Made by a program: the position numbers and the translations under genes. The notes below the pieces were generated by a model. The model saw nothing but the letters and a program-made list of their open reading frames with translations, had not been told where the DNA came from and searched no databases. From assembly GCA_965206705.1 (NCBI GenBank), contig CBDBKJ010000005.1:642979-706978 (forward strand): 64,000 nt of DNA. Direction: 5' to 3'. Shown here piece by piece: positions 26,833 to 35,019 of this stretch (position 1 is the stretch's first letter; every line of letters starts with the position of its first letter). This DNA is from Vicinamibacterales bacterium. GTDB lineage: Bacteria; Acidobacteriota; Vicinamibacteria; Vicinamibacterales; UBA8438.

Positions 26833-27642
26833 TCAGAAGCGCGCCCGTATGTCCCGGGCGCGGGCTTCCGCCGCGGCCGCCTCGTCCGCCCGGCCGGCGG
26901 CGCGCAGCAGGGTCGCGTACTCGTCGAGCGCGGTGAGCACGCGGTCCTGATCGCGATCCGGCTCCGGCGCGTCCAGCAGAATCGCCAGCACCTCGACGTA
27001 CAACGGTTCCGCCTCCCGGTACCGCTCCTGCTGCAGTAGGAACCCCGCCAGCATCGTCCGCAACTCCAGCACGTCGTCGTGAAAGGGCCCGTGCGTCCAT
27101 TCGAGCGCCTCGAGCGCGCGGTAGTAGAGCGGCTCGGCCTCCTCGACGCGGCCCAGATCCGTATAGAACACCGCGATGTCGGCCACGAACCGGGCCACGC
27201 GCGGCGAGTCCGGTCCATCGCTCCGCTCGAGCAGCGTCAGCGATTCGAGGTAGGCCGCCTCCGCTACCTCGTCGCGGGCCTGCGAGCGGTACAGGTCGGC
27301 GAGGTTGCCGAGGGTCAGGGCCAGCCGGGGGTCGGTGCCGTCGAACTCCTCGGCGCGCTGCGCGGCCAGCAGAAAGAGCGCCTCCGCCTCTTCGGTGCGG
27401 CCGTCCTGGTAGGCGAACGCCGCCGCGTCCATGTACTGGTCCCAGGACTGCGTCTGGCATCCGGCCAGGGTCGCCAGGGCCGCCGCGACGGCAAGCCACG
27501 AGCCCGCGGCGAGAACTCGAGCGGTGCCGCGACCGAAGGCGTCGGCGGGCGCGAGACGCCCGCGTGGTATGGCGCGGCGAAGGCGCCGGTGGGGGGGCGG
27601 CAACCGCGGACCGAACGCGGTCCGTGGCGCGACCCACTCCAT
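26833..27642 (-). CDS. TPR-repeat lipoprotein (start uncertain)
   Basis: Lipobox LATLAGC, then TPR-like repeats (AEALFLLAAQRAEE..., AEAAYLESLTLLER..., AEPLYYRALEALEW..., AEPLYVEVLAILL...). Only the last 269 codons of the 1114-aa ORF look coding. Confidence 0.7.
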   Translation of the reverse strand: MEWVAPRTAFGPRLPPPHRRLRRAIPRGRLAPADAFGRGTARVLAAGSWLAVAAALATLAGCQTQSWDQYMDAAAFAYQDGRTEEAEALFLLAAQRAEEFDGTDPRLALTLGNLADLYRSQARDEVAEAAYLESLTLLERSDGPDSPRVARFVADIAVFYTDLGRVEEAEPLYYRALEALEWTHGPFHDDVLELRTMLAGFLLQQERYREAEPLYVEVLAILLDAPEPDRDQDRVLTALDEYATLLRAAGRADEAAAAEARARDIRARF

Positions 27643-27971
27643 GCGGGAAGCATCGCCGGTCGAATGCAGGGGGGCTCTGGCCACGGGCTCCTGAACCTGA
27701 GGATCATACCCGGCGCGCCGGGCGCCGATAGGATCTTCGCCGCCGTCAGGACGGCTCCATCGTCCGGGGCGGCGACGGACGGTTGACATTGTGGCATGTC
27801 CATGTCCAAATCGTGGCGGACGAGCCCGCCTCGATGGCGGCGTTCGGCCGACGGGAGCGTCGGCGGTGGCGCCGGCGGCCGGTCGGTTCGGAGTCCAGGC
27901 ATGGACCGCCCGCGGGCGGCGTTGGCGTGACCGCAGCCAGGATTCTGCGCCGTGGAACGGCGCGGACGCTG

Positions 27972-28042
27972 GAGGGTTGGGTGGGCTGGCATCGGCTGCC
28001 GCAGCGCGACCTTGCGGTCGCGTTCGGCGACGATTTCCGGGC
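27972..28042 (+). repeat. conserved ~70-nt intergenic element, copy 2 (core 27999..28042)
   Basis: GAGGGTTGGGTGGGCTGGCATCGGCTGCCGCAGCGCGACCTTGCGGTCGCGTTCGGCGACGATTTCCGGGC. Lies 36 nt upstream of the ATG at 28078. Confidence 0.8.
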
Positions 28043-28077
28043 GAGGTTCGGAGAGAGACAATCAGGGAGTAGAGAAG

Positions 28078-30249
28078 ATGACGAGAAGCAAGATGGCGTT
28101 TCTCGGGACGGTAGCGATCGGCTTGGCTGTCTGCATGCTGGTGTTGCAGCCCGGGCTGGGCGCGCAGCAGATGGCCGTCGCGATCGACGGTGACGACATC
28201 GGCGGGGTCGTGACCGGCCCCGACGGGCCCGAGGCGGGGGTCTGGGTGATCGCCGAGACCATGGACCTGCCGACCCGGTTCAACCGCAGCGTGGTGACCG
28301 ACGACGAGGGCCGCTACGTGGTGCCGGACCTGCCCGAGGCGACCTACGACGTCTGGGCGCGAGGCTACGGGCTCGTCGACTCGCCCAAGCAGCAGGCGTC
28401 GCCGGGGGCCCGCGTCGATCTGACCGCGGTGGTCGCGCCCGACGCGCAGGCGGCGGCGCAGTACTATCCCTCCGGCTACTGGTACTCCCTGCTCGAGGTG
28501 CCGGAGCCCGACGAGTTCCCGGGCACCGGTCCCGGCGGCAACGGCATCTCGCCGAGCGTGCCGAACCAGTCCGCGTGGCTGCGCGGCCTGAAATCGGGCG
28601 GGTGCACCGCGTGTCACGGGCTCGGGACCAAGGCCACGCGCGAGATTCCGCCGCAACTGGGCGAATTCGATTCGTTGGTGGAGGCCTGGGACCGCCGCAT
28701 TCAGTCCGGTCAGGCCGGGGGCAGCATGAGCGGGGCCCTCGACCGGATGGGACGCCGCCGCGCCCTCGAGATGTACGCCGACTGGACCGGCCGCATCATG
28801 GCCGGCGAGGTGCCGCCGGCGCCGCCGCGGCCCCAGGGGGACGAGCGCAACGTCGTCGTCACCCAGTGGGACTGGGCCGATCCCACCGCCTATCTGCACG
28901 ACGAGGCGTCGACCGACAAGCGCAACCCGACGGTGAACGCGAACGGTCCGATCTACGGCGCCCTCGAGGCGAGCGCCGACTACGTGCCGGTGCTCGACCC
29001 GGTGAGCAACTCCATCTCGGAGGTCGTGGTGCCGGTGCGCGACCCGGACACCCCGCTCGCGGCGGGAGCGCCGCTGGCGTCGTCGCCCTACTGGGGGGAC
29101 GAGGCCATCTGGGACAGCCAGTCGAACGTGCACAACCCGATGCTCGACCAGGATGGCCGCGTCTGGCTGACCTCCCGGGTGCGCGGTCCCGAGAACCCGC
29201 CGATGTGCCTGGAGGGGTCCGACCATCCGTCGGCCCGCGCCTTCCCGAACGCCCGCGCCAACCGCCATCTCGCGGTGTACGACCCCGCCACCGACGAGAT
29301 GACCCTCGTCGGCACCTGCTACAGCACCCACCACCTGATCTTCGCCGAGGACGAGGCCAACACCCTCTGGACGAGCGGCGGCGGCCAGGTCATCGGGTGG
29401 CTCGACACCAACCTGTTCCTCGAGACCGGTGACGAGGAGGCGGCGCAGGGCTGGAGCGCGCTGGTGCTCGACACCAACGGCAATGGCGTCCGCGACGAGT
29501 GGGTCGAGCCCGGCGAGCCGGCCGACCCCGCGAAGGATACCCGCATCCGGACCGGCTTCTACGGCGTGGCCTACAACCCCGTCGACGGCAGCATCTGGGG
29601 CTCGTCGCTCGGCATGCCCGGCGCGGTGCTGCGGTTCGACCCCACCGGCGACAACCCGTCGGAGACGGGCCTGACGGAGTTCTACGAGGTCCCGTTCCAG
29701 AACCCCGGGGCCGAGGTCCAGGACGGCTACTCGCCGCGCGGCATGGACATCGACCGCAACGGCGTCGTGTGGACCCCGCTGGCCAGCGGCCACATGGCGA
29801 GCTTCGACCGCAGCAAGTGCACCGGGCCGCTGAACGGGCCGGACGCGACCGGCCAGCACTGCCCCGAGGGGTGGACGCTGTACGAGGAGCCGATGCCGCA
29901 GATGAAGGGCATCGCCGACTCGGGCAGCATCGAGGGCAGCTACTACACCTGGGTCGACCAGTTCGACACCCTGGGCCTGGGCCGCGACGTGCCCATCAAC
30001 ACCGGCAACGCGGCCGAGGGGCTGCTCGCGCTGCGCGACGGCGAGTGGGTCACCCTGCGCGTGCCGTATCCGCTGGGGTTCTACACCAAGTGGATGGACG
30101 GCCGCATCGACGACCCCGACACCGGCTGGAAGGGCAAGGGCATCTGGGCGACCTGGAGCACCCGGGCTCCGTTCCACTCCGAGACCGGCCAGGGCACCCC
30201 GAGCAAGGTGGTCCGCTTCCAGCTCCGTCCCGACCCGCTGGCGAAGTAG
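28078..30249 (+). CDS. secreted protein with carboxypeptidase-regulatory-like domain and a single CxxCH haem-binding motif
   Basis: RBS GGGAGTAGAGAAG before the ATG. Signal/TM segment MTRSKMAFLGTVAIGLAVCMLVL. VVTGPDGPEAGVWVIAET...DDEGRYVVPDLPEATYDVWA is a CarboxypepD_reg fold. Haem motif: LKSGGCTACHGLG. Confidence 0.75.
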   Translation: MTRSKMAFLGTVAIGLAVCMLVLQPGLGAQQMAVAIDGDDIGGVVTGPDGPEAGVWVIAETMDLPTRFNRSVVTDDEGRYVVPDLPEATYDVWARGYGLVDSPKQQASPGARVDLTAVVAPDAQAAAQYYPSGYWYSLLEVPEPDEFPGTGPGGNGISPSVPNQSAWLRGLKSGGCTACHGLGTKATREIPPQLGEFDSLVEAWDRRIQSGQAGGSMSGALDRMGRRRALEMYADWTGRIMAGEVPPAPPRPQGDERNVVVTQWDWADPTAYLHDEASTDKRNPTVNANGPIYGALEASADYVPVLDPVSNSISEVVVPVRDPDTPLAAGAPLASSPYWGDEAIWDSQSNVHNPMLDQDGRVWLTSRVRGPENPPMCLEGSDHPSARAFPNARANRHLAVYDPATDEMTLVGTCYSTHHLIFAEDEANTLWTSGGGQVIGWLDTNLFLETGDEEAAQGWSALVLDTNGNGVRDEWVEPGEPADPAKDTRIRTGFYGVAYNPVDGSIWGSSLGMPGAVLRFDPTGDNPSETGLTEFYEVPFQNPGAEVQDGYSPRGMDIDRNGVVWTPLASGHMASFDRSKCTGPLNGPDATGQHCPEGWTLYEEPMPQMKGIADSGSIEGSYYTWVDQFDTLGLGRDVPINTGNAAEGLLALRDGEWVTLRVPYPLGFYTKWMDGRIDDPDTGWKGKGIWATWSTRAPFHSETGQGTPSKVVRFQLRPDPLAK

Positions 30250-30273
30250 TTCCGCACTTCCGCACTACTATCC

Positions 30274-30305
30274 GGGTGGATGCAGCCGCGCGGCTGCATC
30301 CACCC
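30274..30305 (+). terminator. strong hairpin terminator candidate
   Basis: GGGTGGATGCAGCCGCGCGGCTGCATCCACCC is a 32-nt perfect palindrome, 25 nt after the stop codon. Followed by GCGCCCGCTTTCC. Confidence 0.6.
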
Positions 30306-30576
30306 GCGCCCGCTTTCCGCGCGGCGCCCGCTCGCCCGTCCGTCTCCGCCTGGTTTCGACCACGGCTCCTCAGGATCTCGGCGCACGCCGATCACGCTCT
30401 TCATGCGGTTCAGTTCGCCGCCGAGGCCGGTGTTCTTGGGCGGCCGTAGCGGTGCGCCATCATCCGAGACGATCGTTGCGGGGGCTCCCGGGGGTGCGGG
30501 AGTGGTATTCTTGACCTGGGCAGGGATGGTCCGTACTTCCAGTATTGGTGTTCGTGCACATCACGGAGATTCTTGG

Positions 30577-30792
30577 ATGAAGACCTATGTCGCCGTCGTC
30601 GAACGCGACGCCGACACCGGACTGTTCGTCGGCTGGGTGCCGGGTTTCCCTGGTGCTCACAGTCAAGGCGAAACACTGGACGAACTCCAAGGGAATCTGC
30701 AGGAAGTCATCGAGCTGCTCCTCCAGGACGGTGAAATCTCGATGGAGAGCGAGTTCATCGGGGTCCAACAGGTTCGCGTTGGCTCCCGTTGA
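30577..30792 (+). CDS. hicB: HicB-like antitoxin (UPF0150, short form without DNA-binding domain)
   Basis: MKTYVAVVERDADTGLFVGWVPGFPGAHSQGETLDELQGNLQEVIELLL is the typical HicB N-terminal domain. 71 aa. Confidence 0.7.
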   Translation: MKTYVAVVERDADTGLFVGWVPGFPGAHSQGETLDELQGNLQEVIELLLQDGEISMESEFIGVQQVRVGSR

Positions 30793-30804
30793 CTGCGCTC
30801 GCCA

Positions 30805-31068
30805 CTACTCCCCGTCGGTGCGGCGACCTGCGCGGTGGTTCGCCGGATCGGATCCAAGCAGCTCGCTCACTGACAGCCCGATGTCTCGTGCGATTTGACG
30901 CAGCAGTAGCGGTGAGATGTCCCTGCCCCCGTGAAATGGAACCGTCGTCCCTCTTCCATCGGGGTCTCGAAACTGCTTGTGGGAACCGCTCTGCCGCACT
31001 TCCCGAAAACCAAGCCGCTGGAGCAACGCCACCACCTCGCGAGGCTTGAGGACCGGAGGCTTGACCAT
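30805..31068 (-). CDS. hicA: HicA family mRNA interferase toxin
   Basis: [60 protein letters not shown] is the canonical HicA (YcfA) pattern with the GSH motif. Confidence 0.85.
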   Translation of the reverse strand: MVKPPVLKPREVVALLQRLGFREVRQSGSHKQFRDPDGRGTTVPFHGGRDISPLLLRQIARDIGLSVSELLGSDPANHRAGRRTDGE

Positions 31069-31074
31069 GGCCGC

Positions 31075-31602
31075 CTACCTCCTGCGCACAGGCTTGGATG
31101 GCGCCATCTGGCTTATCGTCTCTGCCACCTGTTTCGTGGAGGCGACTTGACTCCTCAACTCGGCAGTGGTCTTGCACGTGGCTTTCACAAGCTGTTCAAG
31201 GACGTCCGGCAGCTTACCCAACGCTTGTATGCGATATGAACGCGGAGCGTCATTGAGGCGCCATACTTCGCTCTCCGTGTGCTCGCCCATTGCGCCTGAG
31301 CGGGCGCGGATCGCAATGCCCCACGTACGTGAGACTTTGGCATATCCAATAGAGCGATCCCAGAAGTATCCGGTATCGTGGTCTATTTCTCCCGCGAACT
31401 CAGTCCAGGCCGGCACGCCCAGATTCAGCTTTTGCAGAGCCGCCTCAATGGCAGAGATCGGTTCGGCGAGTTCGTCGGAAACGGCGTTCAGTTCGGCCGC
31501 GGATACGACGAGCTTCTCGAACGCCACCGAGACGCGCTCGCGCAACGGGTCTTTGTGTGAAGATTGGGACGCGGTTTCCGAGACAGACTGCGAGGCAGGC
31601 AT
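31075..31602 (-). CDS. hypothetical 175-aa protein, tightly coupled upstream of hicA
   Basis: ORF with ordinary composition. Its stop is 6 nt before the hicA ATG. AGGAGGG RBS before the ATG at 31602. No recognisable motif. Confidence 0.55.
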   Translation of the reverse strand: MPASQSVSETASQSSHKDPLRERVSVAFEKLVVSAAELNAVSDELAEPISAIEAALQKLNLGVPAWTEFAGEIDHDTGYFWDRSIGYAKVSRTWGIAIRARSGAMGEHTESEVWRLNDAPRSYRIQALGKLPDVLEQLVKATCKTTAELRSQVASTKQVAETISQMAPSKPVRRR

Positions 31603-31815
31603 GTACCCTCCTTTGACCCCGACAGGTCAGGGGCAATGCGACACAAACAGTGTCGTTGTTAATCCACCGCCAGTCAGGCGGCGGGTTGGCAAGATCGGCT
31701 TCCACCGACGCCAGCAGAACTGGCTTCCAACCCTGGCTACAGCGTAGCACACTCGGCTTGGAGTGCGCCACCCAATGTGGCTGCCGATGATGACGTTGCT
31801 GTCGAAACGACCCTA

Positions 31816-32067
31816 TCAACGGTCATCGGTCAGGAGCGCGTCCACCCCGGCGTCCGTCAACCCACGCGCGGCAGCCTCCGCTCCCAAGCGGTCCAGGGTC
31901 TCGGCCACCCGCGCCCAGGCGGTGCCCCGCAGCCGTTCGTACTGTCGCATCGACATCACGACGCCGACGGGCCTGCCTCTCCTGGTTACGCGAACCGGCG
32001 CGCTCTCGGCAGCGTCCAGCAGATGGCCAAATCGATTCCTGGCTTCCCGGGCGGTGATCTCTCTCAT
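31816..32067 (-). CDS. Phd/YefM-family antitoxin
   Basis: MREITAREARNRFGHLLDAAESAPVRVTRRGRPVGVVMSMRQYERL is the classic Phd/YefM N-terminus. 83 aa. Confidence 0.75.
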   Translation of the reverse strand: MREITAREARNRFGHLLDAAESAPVRVTRRGRPVGVVMSMRQYERLRGTAWARVAETLDRLGAEAAARGLTDAGVDALLTDDR

Positions 32068-32156
32068 GCCAGCAGGGATTCCAGCGCGACCTTGATCGGC
32101 AAGTCGCCCTGCCGGCGCACGGCCTGAATCCAGACCGACGAGTCGACGAGGACCAT
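32064..32156 (-). pseudogene. 30-codon N-terminal remnant of a PIN-domain VapC toxin
   Basis: Reverse strand reads ATG GTC CTC GTC GAC TCG TCG GTC TGG ATT... = MVLVDSSVWIQAVRRQGDLPIKVALESLLA*, a typical VapC start. The stop overlaps the Phd-like ATG (ATGA). Lies 5 nt after the VapB-like stop. Confidence 0.5.
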
Positions 32157-32161
32157 GCCGG

Positions 32162-32374
32162 TCAGCGATCATCGGACTCGACCTCGTCCTTGGTCAAGGG
32201 GTAGTCGAACGCGCCCTCGCGCAGCAACCGGCCGAACTCCCGCACGCGTTGCCGTCGGACGTACTCGGTGACCGCGGTGATCGCCGGACTCATCCCCCTC
32301 CCCGCGGTCAGCCGGCGGAGCGCGTTCAGGGTTGCTGCATCGATCTCAACGGTGACGGTGACTCTCATCTTCAT
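32162..32374 (-). CDS. VapB-like (Arc/MetJ-type) antitoxin
   Basis: MKMRVTVTVEIDAATLNALRRLTAGRGMSPAITAVTEYVRRQ resembles the MRTTVDIDDELL...RLTG type of VapB antitoxin. An A/T-rich promoter region lies upstream. Confidence 0.6.
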   Translation of the reverse strand: MKMRVTVTVEIDAATLNALRRLTAGRGMSPAITAVTEYVRRQRVREFGRLLREGAFDYPLTKDEVESDDR

Positions 32375-32569
32375 TCCGATTGTAGGTGACTCTGCATCAT
32401 TGTGGATCGATGATTCGACGATTCGACGACACGAGGGGGTGGACTCACCTGGCACGGATATTTCCACTGATGGCAATGTTCGGCAAAAAATGTAGCCAAA
32501 AAACAGATAAATTGGTATATTTTATTACTGATTTTAGTTCGGGGACCGCGACGTCCCCCGCGAGGGGCA

Positions 32570-33892
32570 ATGGCAGACTCGTTGCGAGACATCCTCCTGG
32601 ACTTTCAGGAGGCGGACCTGGCAACCGGCGTCCCGCGCCGGATGGACGTCACGCCAATACCCGGCAAGGCGACCGTCTGCATCGGGCCGCGGCGCGCCGG
32701 CAAGTCGACCTTCCTGTTCCAGCTCGTGGGGAAGTTGCTCGACCGCGGCGTGTCGCGCGAGAACATCCTCTACCTGAACCTGTTCGACGACCGGCTCCAC
32801 CACCTCCACCGGGACGGGCTCGGCGCCGTGGCGGAGGCGTACTTTTCGCTCTACCCGGAGAAGAAGCACACGGAGACGGTCTACTGCTTCTTCGACGAGA
32901 TCCAGGTCATCCCCGGCTGGGAGCCGTTTGTGGACCGTCTCATGCGGACCGACCGTTGCGAGGTGTACATCACCGGGTCGTCGGCCCGCATGCTGTCCCG
33001 CGAGATTGCGACGCAGATGCGCGGCCGGGCGTTGGCCTGGGAGATCTTCCCGTTCTCGTTCCGCGAGTTCCTCGATTGGAAGGGCATTGACGCCGCCGGT
33101 CCGTTGTCGACGCGGCGCCGCCTGCTCGTGCACAAGGCGTTCGACGAGTACTGGGAGCGGGGCGGGTTTCCGGAGGTCGCGGGCGTGGACCGCGCCCTGC
33201 GCATCCGGATTCACCAGGAGTACTGGAGCGCGATGCTGTTTCGCGACATCGTCGAACGCCATGACGTTTCCCATCCCCGCGCGGTCTCGGACCTGGCCCA
33301 TCGGCTGGTGGACAACACCGCGTCCCTCTACTCCGTCAACCGGCTCACGGGCTATCTGCAGTCGCTCGGGCACCGAGCCCCGAAGGCGGCGGTGTCCAGC
33401 TACCTGGAGTGGTTCGAGGACGCGTTCTTCCTGTTCACGGTGCGCATCTTCGACGCCTCCCTGGCGCGCGCCAACGCGAATCCCAAGAAGATCTACTGCG
33501 TCGATCATGCCCTGGTGACGTCTGTCGGCTCGGGCGTCCTCGTCAACGCCGGTCACCTGCTCGAGAACCTCGTGTTCCTGGCGTTGCGCCGATCCTCCCC
33601 GGACATCTCCTACTACCGTTGCGCGAACGGACGCGAGGTCGACTTCGCCGTACGAATGCCGGACGGCTCGCGCGCCCTCGTCCAGGCCTGCGAGTCGCTG
33701 GCCGACCCCGGGACGCGGAAGCGGGAAGTGAAGGGGCTCCGCACCGCGATGACGGAGTTGCGCCTGCGCACCGGTACCATCGTGACCCGTGACGAGGAGG
33801 AAACGGTGCCGGTCGACGGCGGCGCCATCGAAGTCGTGCCCGCCTGGCGGTTCCTTCTGGACCCCGTGGATGTCGTCTTGCGGGGAGGGTAG
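32570..33892 (+). CDS. AAA+ ATPase with DUF4143-type C-terminal domain
   Basis: Walker A GPRRAGKST, Walker B CFFDEIQ, then ITGSSARML. The architecture is that of the common AAA_14/DUF4143 ATP-binding proteins. Confidence 0.8.
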   Translation: MADSLRDILLDFQEADLATGVPRRMDVTPIPGKATVCIGPRRAGKSTFLFQLVGKLLDRGVSRENILYLNLFDDRLHHLHRDGLGAVAEAYFSLYPEKKHTETVYCFFDEIQVIPGWEPFVDRLMRTDRCEVYITGSSARMLSREIATQMRGRALAWEIFPFSFREFLDWKGIDAAGPLSTRRRLLVHKAFDEYWERGGFPEVAGVDRALRIRIHQEYWSAMLFRDIVERHDVSHPRAVSDLAHRLVDNTASLYSVNRLTGYLQSLGHRAPKAAVSSYLEWFEDAFFLFTVRIFDASLARANANPKKIYCVDHALVTSVGSGVLVNAGHLLENLVFLALRRSSPDISYYRCANGREVDFAVRMPDGSRALVQACESLADPGTRKREVKGLRTAMTELRLRTGTIVTRDEEETVPVDGGAIEVVPAWRFLLDPVDVVLRGG

Positions 33893-34176
33893 CCGGGCGG
33901 CCGGCCGCGGAGCGCGTCGATCTGACACACGGTGCGAACGAACCCGACTCCGCTTCCGACGCGGCTGGGTGTCTTCTCCGGCCGAGCAAGGGATGGTGAA
34001 ATCCACGTCAAGCGCGCGAGTCGTCGACCTCGCGGCAAGGGGTCTGTTCGAGCCCGTCCGTCGGACTCGCAATCGGGATGCCGTGAAATGGGGACGATGG
34101 CGAAATCCGCGTCAAGGGCCAGCGACTGGTAGCCGGACCGGCTTCGCGGCGCGGTGGCGCTCGGCGGTCCCGTCCG

Positions 34177-35019
34177 TCACGCCCCGGCGGAGGGAGGAGC
34201 CGCGCGCCGGCGCAGCCAGTCGACGGTGAGCAGCAGCAGCACCGCGAAGACGACCAGGAACGTGGCGACGGCGAGGATGGCGGGGCTGATCTGCTCGCGG
34301 ATGCCCGCCCACATCTGGCGCGGCAGGGTGCGCTGGTCCTCGCCGGCCATGAAGAGCACCACGACGACCTCGTCGAACGAGGCGGCGAACGCGAAGAGGG
34401 CGCCGGACACGACGCCGGGCGCGATCAGCGGCAGCTGCACGCGGCGGAAGATCACGAGGGGGTCGGCGCCGAGGCTGGCCGCGGCGCGGGTCAGGTTGGT
34501 GTCGAAGGCGGACAGGGCGGCGGTCACGGTGATGACGACGAAGGGGGTGCCGAGGGCGGCGTGGGCGAGGATCAGCCCGACGTGGGTCTGCGACAGGCCG
34601 AGGGTGGAGTAGAAGAAGAACATGCCGGTGGCCGAGATGATGAGCGGCGTGACCATCGGCGAGATCAGCAGTCCCGTCGTGAGGCGGCGGGCGGGCATGG
34701 CGGGGCTCGACAGCCCGAGGGCCGCGAGGGTGCCGAGCACCGTCGCGATCACCGTCGATGCGGCGCCGATGAACAGGCTGTTGGCGAGGGCCCGCCGCCA
34801 GACGTCGTCGGTGAGGATCTGCCGGTACCAACGCAGGGACCAGGCCTCCGGATCGAGGCGCAGCATTCCCTCGGTGAAGGTGAAGTACGGCTGCGCGTTG
34901 AAGCTGAGCGGCACGATCACGAGGATCGGCGCGATCAGGAAGACGAAGATGAGCGCGCAGACGGCCAGGTAGGCCATCCGTCCGATGCGCGAGCCGGGCT
35001 CGGCCGCGGTCATGCTCAT
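34177..35019 (-). CDS. ABC transporter permease (PotC/PotI-like)
   Basis: 280 aa with six hydrophobic segments. EAA-like loop AAASLGADPLVIFRRVQLPLIAPG. Confidence 0.85.
   Translation of the reverse strand: MSMTAAEPGSRIGRMAYLAVCALIFVFLIAPILVIVPLSFNAQPYFTFTEGMLRLDPEAWSLRWYRQILTDDVWRRALANSLFIGAASTVIATVLGTLAALGLSSPAMPARRLTTGLLISPMVTPLIISATGMFFFYSTLGLSQTHVGLILAHAALGTPFVVITVTAALSAFDTNLTRAAASLGADPLVIFRRVQLPLIAPGVVSGALFAFAASFDEVVVVLFMAGEDQRTLPRQMWAGIREQISPAILAVATFLVVFAVLLLLTVDWLRRRAAPPSAGA

Noticed and set aside
26833-30177. 1114-aa minus-strand ORF
   Set aside because: Only the last 269 codons (the TPR lipoprotein, 26833..27642) look coding. The remainder is antisense to the well-supported 28078..30249 gene and has shadow-ORF composition.
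30306-30576. Possible sigma-70 promoter (TTGACC-N17-TACTTC) upstream of the HicB-like gene
   Set aside because: The -10 hexamer is poor and alternative spacings are out of range. Pattern-matching alone is insufficient in this G+C context.
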